This document shows, in pieces, positions 7,970-17,961 of a DNA stretch of 64,000 nucleotides. Within the stretch, counting starts at the first letter, position 1, and each line of letters starts with the position of its first letter. The translations under genes were made by a program, and so were the position numbers. Location: the NCBI GenBank assembly GCA_020348925.1, contig CP070758.1:4231688-4295687 (forward strand), given 5' to 3'. The notes beneath the pieces were generated by a model. It saw nothing but the letters and a program-made list of their open reading frames with translations. It had not been told where the DNA came from and did not search any database. Source of the stretch: Gemmatimonadota bacterium. GTDB taxonomy: Bacteria; JBHIER01; G020348925.

Positions 7970-9916
7970 ATGGCCAATATAGTTGAAAAAATTATCAAGA
8001 GCCATCTCGTCGAAGGTGAGATGGTCCCCGGACAGCCCATCGCCATTCGCATTGATCAAACCCTCACTCAGGACGCTACAGGGACCATGGCCTACCTCCA
8101 ATTCGAGGCCATGGGCATTCCCCGCGTCCAGACGGAGCTTTCAGTCAGTTACATCGACCATAACACGCTTCAGGAAGGTTTCGAGAACGCCGACGATCAT
8201 CGCTACCTTCAGAGCGTAGCAGCCAAGTACGGCATCCATCTCTCCAAGGCCGGCAACGGTATCTGTCACCAGGTCCACCTGGAGCGATTCGGAAAACCGG
8301 GGAAAACCCTTCTCGGTTCCGACAGTCACACACCGACAGGCGGAGGGATCGGTATGATCGCCATCGGGGCTGGCGGTCTCGATGTCGCCGTGGCTATGGG
8401 CGGAGGTGCCTTCTACCTGACCTGTCCCCGGATCGTGAAAGTGAACCTCACCGGACAATTGAAACCCTGGGTATCTGCCAAGGATGTCATCCTGAAGATG
8501 CTGGAGATCCTGACCACGAAGGGCAATGTGGGTTCAGTAGTAGAGTACGGCGGTGAAGGCGTCAGAGCCCTGTCCGTTCCCGAGCGAGCGACGATCACCA
8601 ATATGGGCGCGGAATTGGGAGTGACCACGTCGATCTTCCCCAGCGATGAGACCACGAAGGCATTTCTCAAGGCCCAGGGTCGCGAAGAGGACTGGAGCGA
8701 GCTGCTTGCAGATCCTGATGCGGAGTATGATCGAACCATCGATCTGGCTCTCGGTGAGATCGTACCTCTCCTGGCCCAACCCCACTCGCCGGATAACATA
8801 TGCCCCGTCTCCGCTATCGCCGGGATGAAGGTCAATCAAGTCTGTATCGGGAGCTGCACCAACTCATCCGTCAAGGATCTCATGACGGTGGCCAAGACGC
8901 TCGAAGGAAAGCACGTCCATCCTGAAGTGAGTTTCGTCGTCGCCCCAGGATCGAAACAGGTCCTGCGCATGATCTCCGACAACGGGGCGCTCTCCACACT
9001 CATCGCGGCCGGGGCTCGGATCGCTGAGACCGCCTGCGGATTCTGCATCGGCAATGGGATGGCCCCTCAGACGGATGCCATCAGTATTCGGACGAACAAT
9101 CGCAACTTCGAAGGACGATCCGGCACAAAGAGCGCTCAGGTGTATCTGGCCAGTCCTGAAACCGCTGCGGCCTGTGCTCTGAAAGGGGTCATTACGGATC
9201 CGAGGGATCTGGGTAACGATACCTATCCGGCCATCGACATGCAGGAACAATTCACTATCGATGACAGCCTCGTTTTCCCGCCTTCGGACGAACCCGCGCA
9301 GGTCAAGATTTCCAGAGGCCCGAACATCGGAGATCCTCCGGCCAATGAACCTTTACCGGACTCCCTGAGGGGTGAGATCATGCTCAAAGTGGGCGATAAG
9401 ATCACGACCGACCACATCATGCCGGCCGGCAGCAGACTCAAGTACCGGTCCAACGTCCCGAAGTACGCGACCTTCGTCTTCGAACCCGTCGATCCGACCT
9501 TTGCCACCCGCTGTGTCAAAAATAAGGAGGTGGGGACCCACAACTTCGTCCTGGGCGGTATGAGCTACGGTCAGGGTTCATCCCGCGAACACGCTGCTCT
9601 CTGTCCCATGTACCTCGGTGTGAAGGCTGTAATTGCCAAATCCCTGGAGCGCATTCATACCGCGAATCTCATCAACTTTGGAATCTTACCCCTGACCTTC
9701 ACGAAGGAGAGCGACTACAACATTATCGAGCAAGGGGATGAGGTCGAAATCCCCAATATCCGCCAGGCACTCTCGGCGGGTCAAGAACTGAACCTGTTAA
9801 ATGAAACGAAGAAGAGGGCGTTCAGGCTGAAATACGACCTGAGTGAACGACAGAAAAACATCATTCTTGCCGGCGGTTTATTGAACTACACAAAGGCCGG
9901 TGGTACCGAATCTTAA
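7970..9916 (+). CDS. Aconitate hydratase (about 650 aa, Aquifex/clostridial type)
   Basis: QDATGT, DH, GNGICHQ, GSDSHT, IGSCTNS, CGFCIG (Fe-S cysteines), NRNFEGR, TTDHI and GSSREHA; aaggaggg RBS. Confidence 0.93.
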   Translation: MANIVEKIIKSHLVEGEMVPGQPIAIRIDQTLTQDATGTMAYLQFEAMGIPRVQTELSVSYIDHNTLQEGFENADDHRYLQSVAAKYGIHLSKAGNGICHQVHLERFGKPGKTLLGSDSHTPTGGGIGMIAIGAGGLDVAVAMGGGAFYLTCPRIVKVNLTGQLKPWVSAKDVILKMLEILTTKGNVGSVVEYGGEGVRALSVPERATITNMGAELGVTTSIFPSDETTKAFLKAQGREEDWSELLADPDAEYDRTIDLALGEIVPLLAQPHSPDNICPVSAIAGMKVNQVCIGSCTNSSVKDLMTVAKTLEGKHVHPEVSFVVAPGSKQVLRMISDNGALSTLIAAGARIAETACGFCIGNGMAPQTDAISIRTNNRNFEGRSGTKSAQVYLASPETAAACALKGVITDPRDLGNDTYPAIDMQEQFTIDDSLVFPPSDEPAQVKISRGPNIGDPPANEPLPDSLRGEIMLKVGDKITTDHIMPAGSRLKYRSNVPKYATFVFEPVDPTFATRCVKNKEVGTHNFVLGGMSYGQGSSREHAALCPMYLGVKAVIAKSLERIHTANLINFGILPLTFTKESDYNIIEQGDEVEIPNIRQALSAGQELNLLNETKKRAFRLKYDLSERQKNIILAGGLLNYTKAGGTES

Positions 9917-9936
9917 ACGAGAGGAGGAAGTACAGT

Positions 9937-11106
9937 ATGAGTGACGAAACCATGGAAAGAGCACGAACACATTTTGAAACCCTCGTCAATGAACAACTCG
10001 AACGCGTTGAGCGCATGAAGCAGGCCGAGGACTGGATCGATTACAGCACCCTGAAACCGATCATTGTCGGTGTCTGCTGGGGTGATGGTATTGGACCCAT
10101 CATCTCCCAGGAAACCCAGCGAATCCTCGAGTTCCTGCTCGCAGACGAGCTGAAAAGTGGAAAGGTCGAGTTCCGGACCATCGAGGGACTGACCATCGAG
10201 AACCGGGCCAAGCACAAGAAAGCCATTCCTGATGATGTGCTGGAGGAGCTCAAGGCCTGTCATGTCATACTCAAGGCCCCCACGACAACCCCTGAAAAGG
10301 GCGACCAGTGGCCCAACATCGAGAGCGCCAATGTTGCCATGAGGCGATACCTGGACCTCTTCGCCAACGTCAGGCCGGTCAAGGTCCCCCAGGAAGGCAT
10401 CGACTGGATCTTCTTCCGTGAAAACACGGAAGGGGCCTACGTTCTGGGCAGCAAGGGAATTCAGGTCACCGAGGATCTGGCCTTCGATTTCACCGTCACC
10501 ACGAAGCAGGGGGCCGAGCGGCTCATCCGCCTTGCCTTTGATCACGCCAAGAAGAACAACATCGACTATGTCACCATCGTCACGAAGGCCAACGTGGTGA
10601 AGACAACCGACGGACTGTTCCTTGAAACGGCCGCTCGGGTGGCCAAGGATTATCCGGGCATCCGCTGGGAGGGCTGGTACATCGACATCATGACGGCCAA
10701 GCTCGTCGATCCCAAACGGCGCACCCAGTTCAGGGTCATTGCCCTCCAAAACCTCTACGGTGACATTCTCACCGACGAGGCGGCCGAATTCCAGGGCGGC
10801 GTCGGAACGGCCGGCAGCGCCAACATCGGCAAGCGCTACGCCATGTTCGAGGCCATCCACGGTAGCGCTCCCCGGATGATTAAGGAAGGGCGCGGCAAAT
10901 ACGCCGACCCGTGCAGCCTCATCCGGGCCGGAGCCATGATGCTCAACCACATCGGATTTACCGAGAAAGGGAAAAAGCTCGAAATGGCCCTCGACATCTG
11001 CGGTCAGTACGAAAAGAAACTCACCATCACTGGCCGTGATACGGGGTGTACAGGTGAGGAGTTCGGAAACTATCTCATGGAGACTATGCAGGACCCGAAC
11101 CTGTAA
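9937..11106 (+). CDS. icd: Isocitrate/isopropylmalate dehydrogenase family protein, probably isocitrate dehydrogenase
   Basis: GDGIGP, SANVAMRRYLDLFANVRP, RENTEGAY, KAN, NLYGDILTD and FEAIHGSAP; lies between aconitase and mdh. Confidence 0.85.
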   Translation: MSDETMERARTHFETLVNEQLERVERMKQAEDWIDYSTLKPIIVGVCWGDGIGPIISQETQRILEFLLADELKSGKVEFRTIEGLTIENRAKHKKAIPDDVLEELKACHVILKAPTTTPEKGDQWPNIESANVAMRRYLDLFANVRPVKVPQEGIDWIFFRENTEGAYVLGSKGIQVTEDLAFDFTVTTKQGAERLIRLAFDHAKKNNIDYVTIVTKANVVKTTDGLFLETAARVAKDYPGIRWEGWYIDIMTAKLVDPKRRTQFRVIALQNLYGDILTDEAAEFQGGVGTAGSANIGKRYAMFEAIHGSAPRMIKEGRGKYADPCSLIRAGAMMLNHIGFTEKGKKLEMALDICGQYEKKLTITGRDTGCTGEEFGNYLMETMQDPNL

Positions 11107-11145
11107 TCCAAGTGGGAAGGTTACGTGAAAGGGTAATAAAGAATT

Positions 11146-11228
11146 GTAGGGACAGGGTTTATCCCTGCCCCGTTGAATAAGTTATTCTGCGGGGTCTGTC
11201 CTCGGACAGCCACAAAGACTGTCCCTCC
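11146..11228. repeat. Inverted doublet of GTAG-type REP-like palindromes
   Basis: gtagggacagggtttatccctgccccg at 11146-11172 (+) and ggagggacagtctttgtggctgtccg at 11203-11228 (-). Confidence 0.65.
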
Positions 11229-11266
11229 AACGGAGCAAAAACATACGCAGCAAAGGAGGTCACATC

Positions 11267-12220
11267 ATGTTCAACAAAATCGGTGTTGTCGGTGGTGGAA
11301 ACATCGGCGGCGTTCTGGTCCAGGAGCTGTTCAAGCGGAACCTGGCCAAGACCGTGGCCTTGATGGACGTCAAGGAGCCGGATCTGGCCAAGGGAAAATG
11401 TCTGGATATTGCTGAAGGCTCCCCCATCATTGGTGCTGATGTCAAGTATGACGGAGGGAGAGATTACGACGTTCTCAAAGGTTCTGAGATCGTCATCAAT
11501 ACGGCTGGTGTCCCCCGCACCAAGAGACCTGATGGCACCATTCCCAGCCGCGAGGAGCTGCTGGCCACGAATTTGAAGATCACGGACATGGTGGCCGAGG
11601 GCATAAAGAAGTACTGCCCCAAAGCCATCATCATCTCCATCGCCAATCCTCTGGACGCCATCGTGTATCGTCTCTACCAGCAACTGAAACCGCCGAAGCA
11701 AAAACTGATGGGAATGGCCGGTGCGCTCGACTCTTCACGCTATCGCCATTTTGTCGCTTACGAAGCCGGCGTCTCCGTGGAGAACGTCGAGGCCATGGTG
11801 CTCGGCGGCCACGGCGACACCATGGTCCCTGTCCGGAGCTGTTGCCGGGTTGCCGGTATGCCTGTCGAAAAATTTCTCGACGAGGAGAAACTGGGGGCCA
11901 TCGAAACCCGCACCCGGAAAGCCGGCGGCGAGGTCGTCGGTCTGCTCGGCGTGGGCTCGGCGTTCGTCTCGCCCTCGTGGGCGGCCCTGGACATGGTCGA
12001 AGCCATCGTCTTCGACAAGAAGAAGATCATTCCCTCCTGTGTCCTTCTGGAAGGTGAGTACGGGATCGACGGTCTCTTCATCGGTGTCCCCGCCCTTCTG
12101 GGCAAGGACGGTGTGGAGAAGATCATCGAGGTCGACCTCACCGACGACGAAAAAGAGGCCTTGAAGAAATCAGCAGCCGCCGTTCAGAAGACAGTTGATG
12201 AGGTCAAAGCAGTAGCTTAA
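11267..12220 (+). CDS. mdh: Malate dehydrogenase (LDH-like)
   Basis: GGGNIG Rossmann motif, TAGVPR, NPLD, GMAGALDSSR, LGGHGDTMVP, RTRKAGGEVV; aaggaggt RBS. Confidence 0.93.
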   Translation: MFNKIGVVGGGNIGGVLVQELFKRNLAKTVALMDVKEPDLAKGKCLDIAEGSPIIGADVKYDGGRDYDVLKGSEIVINTAGVPRTKRPDGTIPSREELLATNLKITDMVAEGIKKYCPKAIIISIANPLDAIVYRLYQQLKPPKQKLMGMAGALDSSRYRHFVAYEAGVSVENVEAMVLGGHGDTMVPVRSCCRVAGMPVEKFLDEEKLGAIETRTRKAGGEVVGLLGVGSAFVSPSWAALDMVEAIVFDKKKIIPSCVLLEGEYGIDGLFIGVPALLGKDGVEKIIEVDLTDDEKEALKKSAAAVQKTVDEVKAVA

Positions 12221-12242
12221 TCCCAAGAAGTATTTCGAAAAC

Positions 12243-12281
12243 AAAACGTCCGGCCTGATTGCATGGTCCGGGCGTTTTTCT
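12243..12281 (+). terminator. Intrinsic terminator after mdh
   Basis: aaaacgtccgg...ccgggcgttttt stem followed by a T-rich run. Confidence 0.65.
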
Positions 12282-12469
12282 TTCCCACGCATTTCCTCTC
12301 GTCATTGCCAAGCGTGCAAGGCCGAAGCACACTTGTCCCATCGCCCAGGAATTGTTCCGGGCAAAGCATGCTGGGCTCCTGTCTTTTTTGGGGGAAAATG
12401 CAACCGGAGCATCGGGTCGACCGTTCCTTAACCTGTCCACCCATCTCCTCCAATCCGACAAAAAAGAGC

Positions 12470-12498
12470 TTGACGATGCGTTTATTTCGTCGTATCCT
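12470..12498 (+). promoter_or_regulatory. sigma70-type promoter
   Basis: TTGACG-N17-TATCCT upstream of the MFS gene. Confidence 0.55.
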
Positions 12499-12545
12499 CA
12501 TGGAACGAGAACTGAAACGATTCACGATCCTTAAGCTGGAGTACT

Positions 12546-13892
12546 ATGGACACAGAAACATACCGGAACACACTCGACTTCAGAATCCACAACAGACTGA
12601 ACATTCATACAGCACTTTCCGAGAGCAGCCTGCTTCGTTACATACTCTTTTCTGCGCTTTATTTTGCGCAGGGATTACCCAACGGCCTGATGATGGTCGC
12701 CTTTCCCGCCTGGCTGGCCGAGCGGCAACTCGGTACTGCTGAGATCGGTTCATTCATAGCCATCGTCTCAATACCGACGAGTTTCAAATTCCTCATGGGC
12801 CCACTTCTGGATCGTTACGGTTTTCTGCCCATGGGGCGGCGACGACCGTGGGTCCTGGTGGCCCAGCTCGGATTTTTTATCACCTTCGCCTTGATATCCG
12901 GGGTATCCGATCCGGTGAAAAATCTTGATCACGTCATCTTCATAGGATTCATCGTCACCATCTTCATGACTCTGCAGGATGTGGCGGTCGACGGGCTGGC
13001 AATCGAAATTATTCCTATCGAAGAGCGGGCTCGAGCGAACGGCTTTATGTGGGGCAGCAAGACCTTGGGCATAGCCGCAGGTGCGTCAGGCGGCGGAGTG
13101 CTCCTGAGCATATTCGGATTCGGACCGACCGTTTTGACCGTGGCCATACTCATCGGACTCATCACGGTATTTCCCTTGATCCTTCGCGAACGCCAGGGTG
13201 AACGGTTCCTTCCCTGGACCCGGGGCAGAGCATCGGAGGTCGCCATTCGACTCCAGCTCCACACTTGGAAAACCTTGGGTCGCGGACTCCTTCGGGCTCT
13301 TTGGACACCGGTAAATTTCAAAGCAATCGGCGCGGCTTTCCTCTTCATGTTTGGCCTGGGTCTCCTCCAGCCGCTCCTGCCCGTTCTCTCCGTGCAGGAG
13401 CTTGGTTGGAATCACAAGGAGTTTTCGAACCTATTCGCCCTTGCCGGTATCATCGCCTGTATCGTGGGGATGTTCCTGAGTGCAACCATCCTCAATCGGC
13501 TGGGTCCAATCCGCACTCTTGTCCTCATCACGCTTCTTTTTATGATTCTTGAAATAGGCGCTGGATCAGCGATCCACGTGTGGATGACACGGACCGCATT
13601 CGCCATATTCGTAATAAGTTTTAGTATCATCAAATTTTGCGGCATCGTTGCGATTCTGGCGATGTTTATGAACATGTGCTGGAAGCGCGTCGCGGCAACT
13701 CAATTCGCGCTCTTTATGGCTTTCGCCAACTTGGGTGCTTCAGCCGGTGCCGCCCTTGCCGGACCTTTGGACACCGTTTTCGAATACGCCCACATATTCT
13801 TTCTCATGGCGTTTGTAATCGGTTTGGTCCTGCTGCTGTTGCGATCCGTCGATTTAAAAGCTCACCAAGAATACCTCAACAGCCTCGCATAA
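12546..13892 (+). CDS. AmpG-like MFS permease
   Basis: LYFAQGLP, FKFLMGPLLD, GRRRPWVL, QDVAVDG and ATQFALFMA motifs; about 12 hydrophobic segments. Confidence 0.85.
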   Translation: MDTETYRNTLDFRIHNRLNIHTALSESSLLRYILFSALYFAQGLPNGLMMVAFPAWLAERQLGTAEIGSFIAIVSIPTSFKFLMGPLLDRYGFLPMGRRRPWVLVAQLGFFITFALISGVSDPVKNLDHVIFIGFIVTIFMTLQDVAVDGLAIEIIPIEERARANGFMWGSKTLGIAAGASGGGVLLSIFGFGPTVLTVAILIGLITVFPLILRERQGERFLPWTRGRASEVAIRLQLHTWKTLGRGLLRALWTPVNFKAIGAAFLFMFGLGLLQPLLPVLSVQELGWNHKEFSNLFALAGIIACIVGMFLSATILNRLGPIRTLVLITLLFMILEIGAGSAIHVWMTRTAFAIFVISFSIIKFCGIVAILAMFMNMCWKRVAATQFALFMAFANLGASAGAALAGPLDTVFEYAHIFFLMAFVIGLVLLLLRSVDLKAHQEYLNSLA

Positions 13893-14048
13893 TCAGGCAG
13901 GAGAACCTTTCTCAAAACATCTGTCACATTGGCTTCCATTTATTTGTCTAAGGGAATGAAGTCAAAGTGCTCAATAGTAGTTTGAACTTCAAAGATGAAT
14001 TCAGTCTTTCGAAAGTGTATGCCACACGGATATCATCGAGGAGGAAAT

Positions 14049-14495
14049 ATGAAAGACAAGAAAGCACTGACGGCACCCTGCGGGCTGGATTGCTTCAACT
14101 GCGAAATTTATGAAGAAAATCTGACGGAGGAGCTTGCCGCATCGATTCATACAAAAACGGGAGTCCCGAAGGGTGAGATTGCCTGCCAGGGCTGCCGCCA
14201 GGAGGACGGGAGGCATTATCATTTTCCGCCGGAGGGCTGCGCCACTCTCAATTGTGTCAAGTCCAGGGGCGTTGAGCTGTGCTGCAATTGCACCGGTTTT
14301 CCGTGCGAATTGTTGGCACCATTGGCTGATGGGGCCAACTCCTATCCGCACAACATGAAGGTCTACAATCTCTGCCGGATCAAGAAGATCGGACTTGAGC
14401 GTTGGATCCGAGAGGAAGCCGGGCACATTCGTAAAAACTATTTCACAGCCAAATTCATTGTCGGCAGGGGTCAAGGGATGCCACGGGAACTGTGA
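14049..14495 (+). CDS. DUF3795-type Cys-rich protein
   Basis: APCGLDCFNC..CQGCR..C...C....VELCCNC..FPC pattern; ggagga RBS before ATG 14049. Confidence 0.8.
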   Translation: MKDKKALTAPCGLDCFNCEIYEENLTEELAASIHTKTGVPKGEIACQGCRQEDGRHYHFPPEGCATLNCVKSRGVELCCNCTGFPCELLAPLADGANSYPHNMKVYNLCRIKKIGLERWIREEAGHIRKNYFTAKFIVGRGQGMPREL

Positions 14496-14795
14496 AAGTA
14501 CTTTTGGGAACAGGGACTGCGAACCATGTATCATGAATTTTCCTTGACTCATAAGTCAATTATTTTCAGAATCTAATGCAAGATACACTTGAACTATTTT
14601 TCACCCTCCTTGACATAAAATTGAAACAGTCGACCGTTTTTATTGTCTAAAATCATTAAGAAGAAAAACGAAAATGATATTATATTCACCTGATTCGATG
14701 TTCGGTCTACACATCGAGACGCAGAGAAGAGAGAAGTCGAATTTCGGGCTTTAAGAACGCAGAATGTGCGAGCAGTAAATGCAAGGAGGTCTGTC

Positions 14796-17700
14796 ATGCG
14801 TTTCCAAAGGAAGTGTCTTAAAATTTTCGAAAGATGGTATTGGCTTGTCGGTCCTGTGGCCTTTCTCTGGGTACTGCTCAGAAGCGCCACGAATCCGAAG
14901 AGGTTGACATACCCCTGCCAGCGTGCGGCTATGCCCCTTGCAGCCAATTGGGCTCTGGCCGCGATTGCACTTTTGACCGGGAGCATGGTTCTTCGAAAGT
15001 TTGCGAAGCTTTCAGCCGCGGCCGTCTTGATTGCAGGAACGATCTGGTTCATCGGAGGAATGCCCGATTTCGGCACATCCGGGATACATGAGATACCGTC
15101 TCTGCCCGTGTGGGACGTGGTCGATCCCCTCTCGAGGGTTTTCGTCATGGATGCTGTTCCGCCGACGACCGGTTCACTGGCAGCCGGTGACGCCTCCGTT
15201 CCCGACGCATATCTCTCCGATCCAGCCATCGATACGTTGGTGGCTATGCTCGAAGCCGGCGGTGTGTTCCTGCATCAAACCGCATCCCACCCCGAAGGTA
15301 TTGTCGGTGTTGACAATGTCGTCGTCATAAAGGGAAATTTCCAGTGGACCAGCAGGAACACGACGAGCACCGATCGCATCAAAGGACTTGTATGGCAAAT
15401 TTTAAATCACCCCGACGGCTTTTCCGGCGAAATACTCGTGTGTGACAACACCCAGGATCTTGGCACCGGTATCAACCACAACGACAACAACTCCGAAGAT
15501 CCCGACCAATCCATCGTCGATGTGGTCAATACTTTCTATAGCAAGGGTTACCCCCTGTATCTCCTGGACTGGGTCTCCATATGGGACGACGTGGCCTCCG
15601 AATACTCCGACGGCGATTACGATGACGGATACGTTTACGAGTCCGAGACCATGGTATCCTACCCCAAATTCCGTTCCCCTTCCGGTAACCATTACATTTC
15701 GCTTCGCCACGGTATCTGGGATTCGCTTTCAGGAGAGTACGATGCCTCCCGTCTGTGTATCATCGACTTTCCGGTGCTGAAAGCTCACTTTCGTGGCGGT
15801 TCAACCATAGCCGTCAAGAACTGGATCGGAGTACTTACGACCGCATATAGAGAGGAGCGGTACGGCGGCATCGATCCCCTGCACGACGACCTTTTCTTCG
15901 GGCCATACGCCCTGGTTGCCCGGGTCATGGCTGTGACTTTCCCCCGACTCTCCATTGTGGATGCAGCCTGGACGACGAGACAGGGTCCGATCAATCTGTC
16001 ACTGGTGGAGAATACGAGGATGCTGCTCGCTTCCACTGATCCTGTGGCAGTATCCTGGTACGCCGCAAAATTCATCCTGACACCGATCGCCGTCAATCCT
16101 TTCGAAACCGATCCGGACCGGCCGGGAGGACTGTACAATACTATCCTGGACAGGTGGACGACGTTCCTGGCCGACTCGGCAGGATTTGCCTGCACGAATA
16201 CCTCCTCGAGGATCGCTGTCTGTGACAGAACGATCCTGGGGAGCCCCTATATCTGGCTGAACGACTACACTGTGGATGACAGCCAGGGCAACAACAACGG
16301 GAGACCGGACGAAGGCGAAACCGTAAGCCTCGTCGCGACCCTGACCAACATGAACCTGGACGCAACCGGAATCTCGGTGACCCTCACGACCGACGATCCG
16401 GATGTCCAGATCATCGACCCCACTGTCGAATTCGGTGGTCTGGCCAAGGACGAAAGTATTACAAACGAGGGAAATCCATTTTCATTCTCCATCGATACTG
16501 CTACTGTCGCCCATCTCTGCCAATTTCAATTGAATATTGCAGCCGACGGTGGATACACAAAATCCTTCGACATCGAACTCATCGTCGGAACGCCCACGAT
16601 TCTCCTTGTGGACGACGATGCGGGGGTTCAATACGAACAGAACTACACACTCGCTTTGAGGACCACACAGATTTTTCCCGAGGAATGGGACGCATCCCTG
16701 ATGGGCACTCCGACCGCAGAGATATTGCAGCAGTACGAAACCGTCATCTGGTTCACCGGGGATGACCGGATCAGCACCCTGACCTCGGAAGAACAATCCG
16801 CCATTAGGACTTTGCTGGATGGAGGCGGAAAACTTCTGATCGCCGGCCAGAACATCGGTTACGATTTGGTGGAGGATGGCACGATAAGCGACGCGGACTT
16901 CTATGCCAATTACCTGCATGCCGACTACTTGAGCGATTCGGCCCAGGAGACATTCCTCTACGGGATCGCGGGCGACCCGATCTCAGGCGAATACCAATTT
17001 CTTCCCATCGGTGAAAACCAAACCTCTCCGGATGCCATTGCTCCCCGGGAAGGGGCCAGTCCCGTCTTTCTCTACCAGGTCTCCCGGGAGGCGGCTGCCA
17101 TAAAATACGATGGCGATCACAAGGTGGTCTATTTTGGCCTCGGTCTCGAGGGCATTCGACCTCTGTCCGGAGACGAGTATGAGGTTCGGGGAACGATCAT
17201 GGGGAAAATCATTCAGTGGCTCGGCTACGTCGAGACCCGGGGCGATGTGACCCAGGACGGTGCGATAGATATCCTGGACGTCCTCACGTCGGTGAATATG
17301 ATACTTGGAACGGTCCAACCGACGCCGACTCAGGAGTGGGCGGCCGATTGCAATAGCGATGGGACCGTCGATATTCTCGACGTCCTCGGCATTGTGAACG
17401 TCATTCTCGGCATCGGCACCTGTCCACCGGAAGGCACGGTCGGGATCTCCCCGACCGCTCTCAAATACATTCAATCGCTGGAATCTCTCTTGACACCTGA
17501 GAATTTTTCAACCCTCATGACCCTCATCAAGGAGGTGTACGCACCACAAAAGTACCGTCTCGCCCAGAACTACCCCAATCCCTTCAATCCCAGCACGGAT
17601 ATCAGATACCAGATACCAGACGGGAGAGATCCCGTCCGTACCACCCTAAAGATTTATAACATTTTGGGACAGGAGGTGAAAGTGTTGGTGGACGAGGTTC

Positions 17701-17825
17701 AGGAACCGGGGCATCACGCCGTCACCTGGGATGCGTCCGATGTGAGCAGTGGTGTCTATTTCTACAGACTATCAGTAAATGATGGTCAGTGGTCGGAGAC
17801 GAAGCGGATGGTGTTGATGAAATAA
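14796..17825 (+). CDS. Secreted multidomain protein: DUF362-like domain, Ig-like domain, dockerin-like repeat, C-terminal FlgD/T9SS-A-like sorting domain
   Basis: N-terminal TM segments with the P.R..YPCQRAA motif; VVIKGNFQW and PVLKAH..GSTIAVKNWIG; duplicated GDVTQDGAIDILDV / ADCNSDGTVDILDV; LAQNYPNPFNP..SSGVYFYRL..KRMVLMK tail. Confidence 0.8.
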   Translation: MRFQRKCLKIFERWYWLVGPVAFLWVLLRSATNPKRLTYPCQRAAMPLAANWALAAIALLTGSMVLRKFAKLSAAAVLIAGTIWFIGGMPDFGTSGIHEIPSLPVWDVVDPLSRVFVMDAVPPTTGSLAAGDASVPDAYLSDPAIDTLVAMLEAGGVFLHQTASHPEGIVGVDNVVVIKGNFQWTSRNTTSTDRIKGLVWQILNHPDGFSGEILVCDNTQDLGTGINHNDNNSEDPDQSIVDVVNTFYSKGYPLYLLDWVSIWDDVASEYSDGDYDDGYVYESETMVSYPKFRSPSGNHYISLRHGIWDSLSGEYDASRLCIIDFPVLKAHFRGGSTIAVKNWIGVLTTAYREERYGGIDPLHDDLFFGPYALVARVMAVTFPRLSIVDAAWTTRQGPINLSLVENTRMLLASTDPVAVSWYAAKFILTPIAVNPFETDPDRPGGLYNTILDRWTTFLADSAGFACTNTSSRIAVCDRTILGSPYIWLNDYTVDDSQGNNNGRPDEGETVSLVATLTNMNLDATGISVTLTTDDPDVQIIDPTVEFGGLAKDESITNEGNPFSFSIDTATVAHLCQFQLNIAADGGYTKSFDIELIVGTPTILLVDDDAGVQYEQNYTLALRTTQIFPEEWDASLMGTPTAEILQQYETVIWFTGDDRISTLTSEEQSAIRTLLDGGGKLLIAGQNIGYDLVEDGTISDADFYANYLHADYLSDSAQETFLYGIAGDPISGEYQFLPIGENQTSPDAIAPREGASPVFLYQVSREAAAIKYDGDHKVVYFGLGLEGIRPLSGDEYEVRGTIMGKIIQWLGYVETRGDVTQDGAIDILDVLTSVNMILGTVQPTPTQEWAADCNSDGTVDILDVLGIVNVILGIGTCPPEGTVGISPTALKYIQSLESLLTPENFSTLMTLIKEVYAPQKYRLAQNYPNPFNPSTDIRYQIPDGRDPVRTTLKIYNILGQEVKVLVDEVQEPGHHAVTWDASDVSSGVYFYRLSVNDGQWSETKRMVLMK

Positions 17826-17961
17826 AGAGAAGTGATGTCGGAGTGTGTGCAGTACGTTCCTGCAAACACCGGTTCGAAACTTAGGGGAGGTTCGCTCGGT
17901 ACAAACTTCTTTCAGCCAACAGCGTTCGACAAGCTGTCTGGTCTCTTCCTTCCACCCATTT

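Noticed and set aside
9913-10950. 345-aa minus-strand ORF
   Set aside because: Antisense shadow of icd, explained by codon bias.
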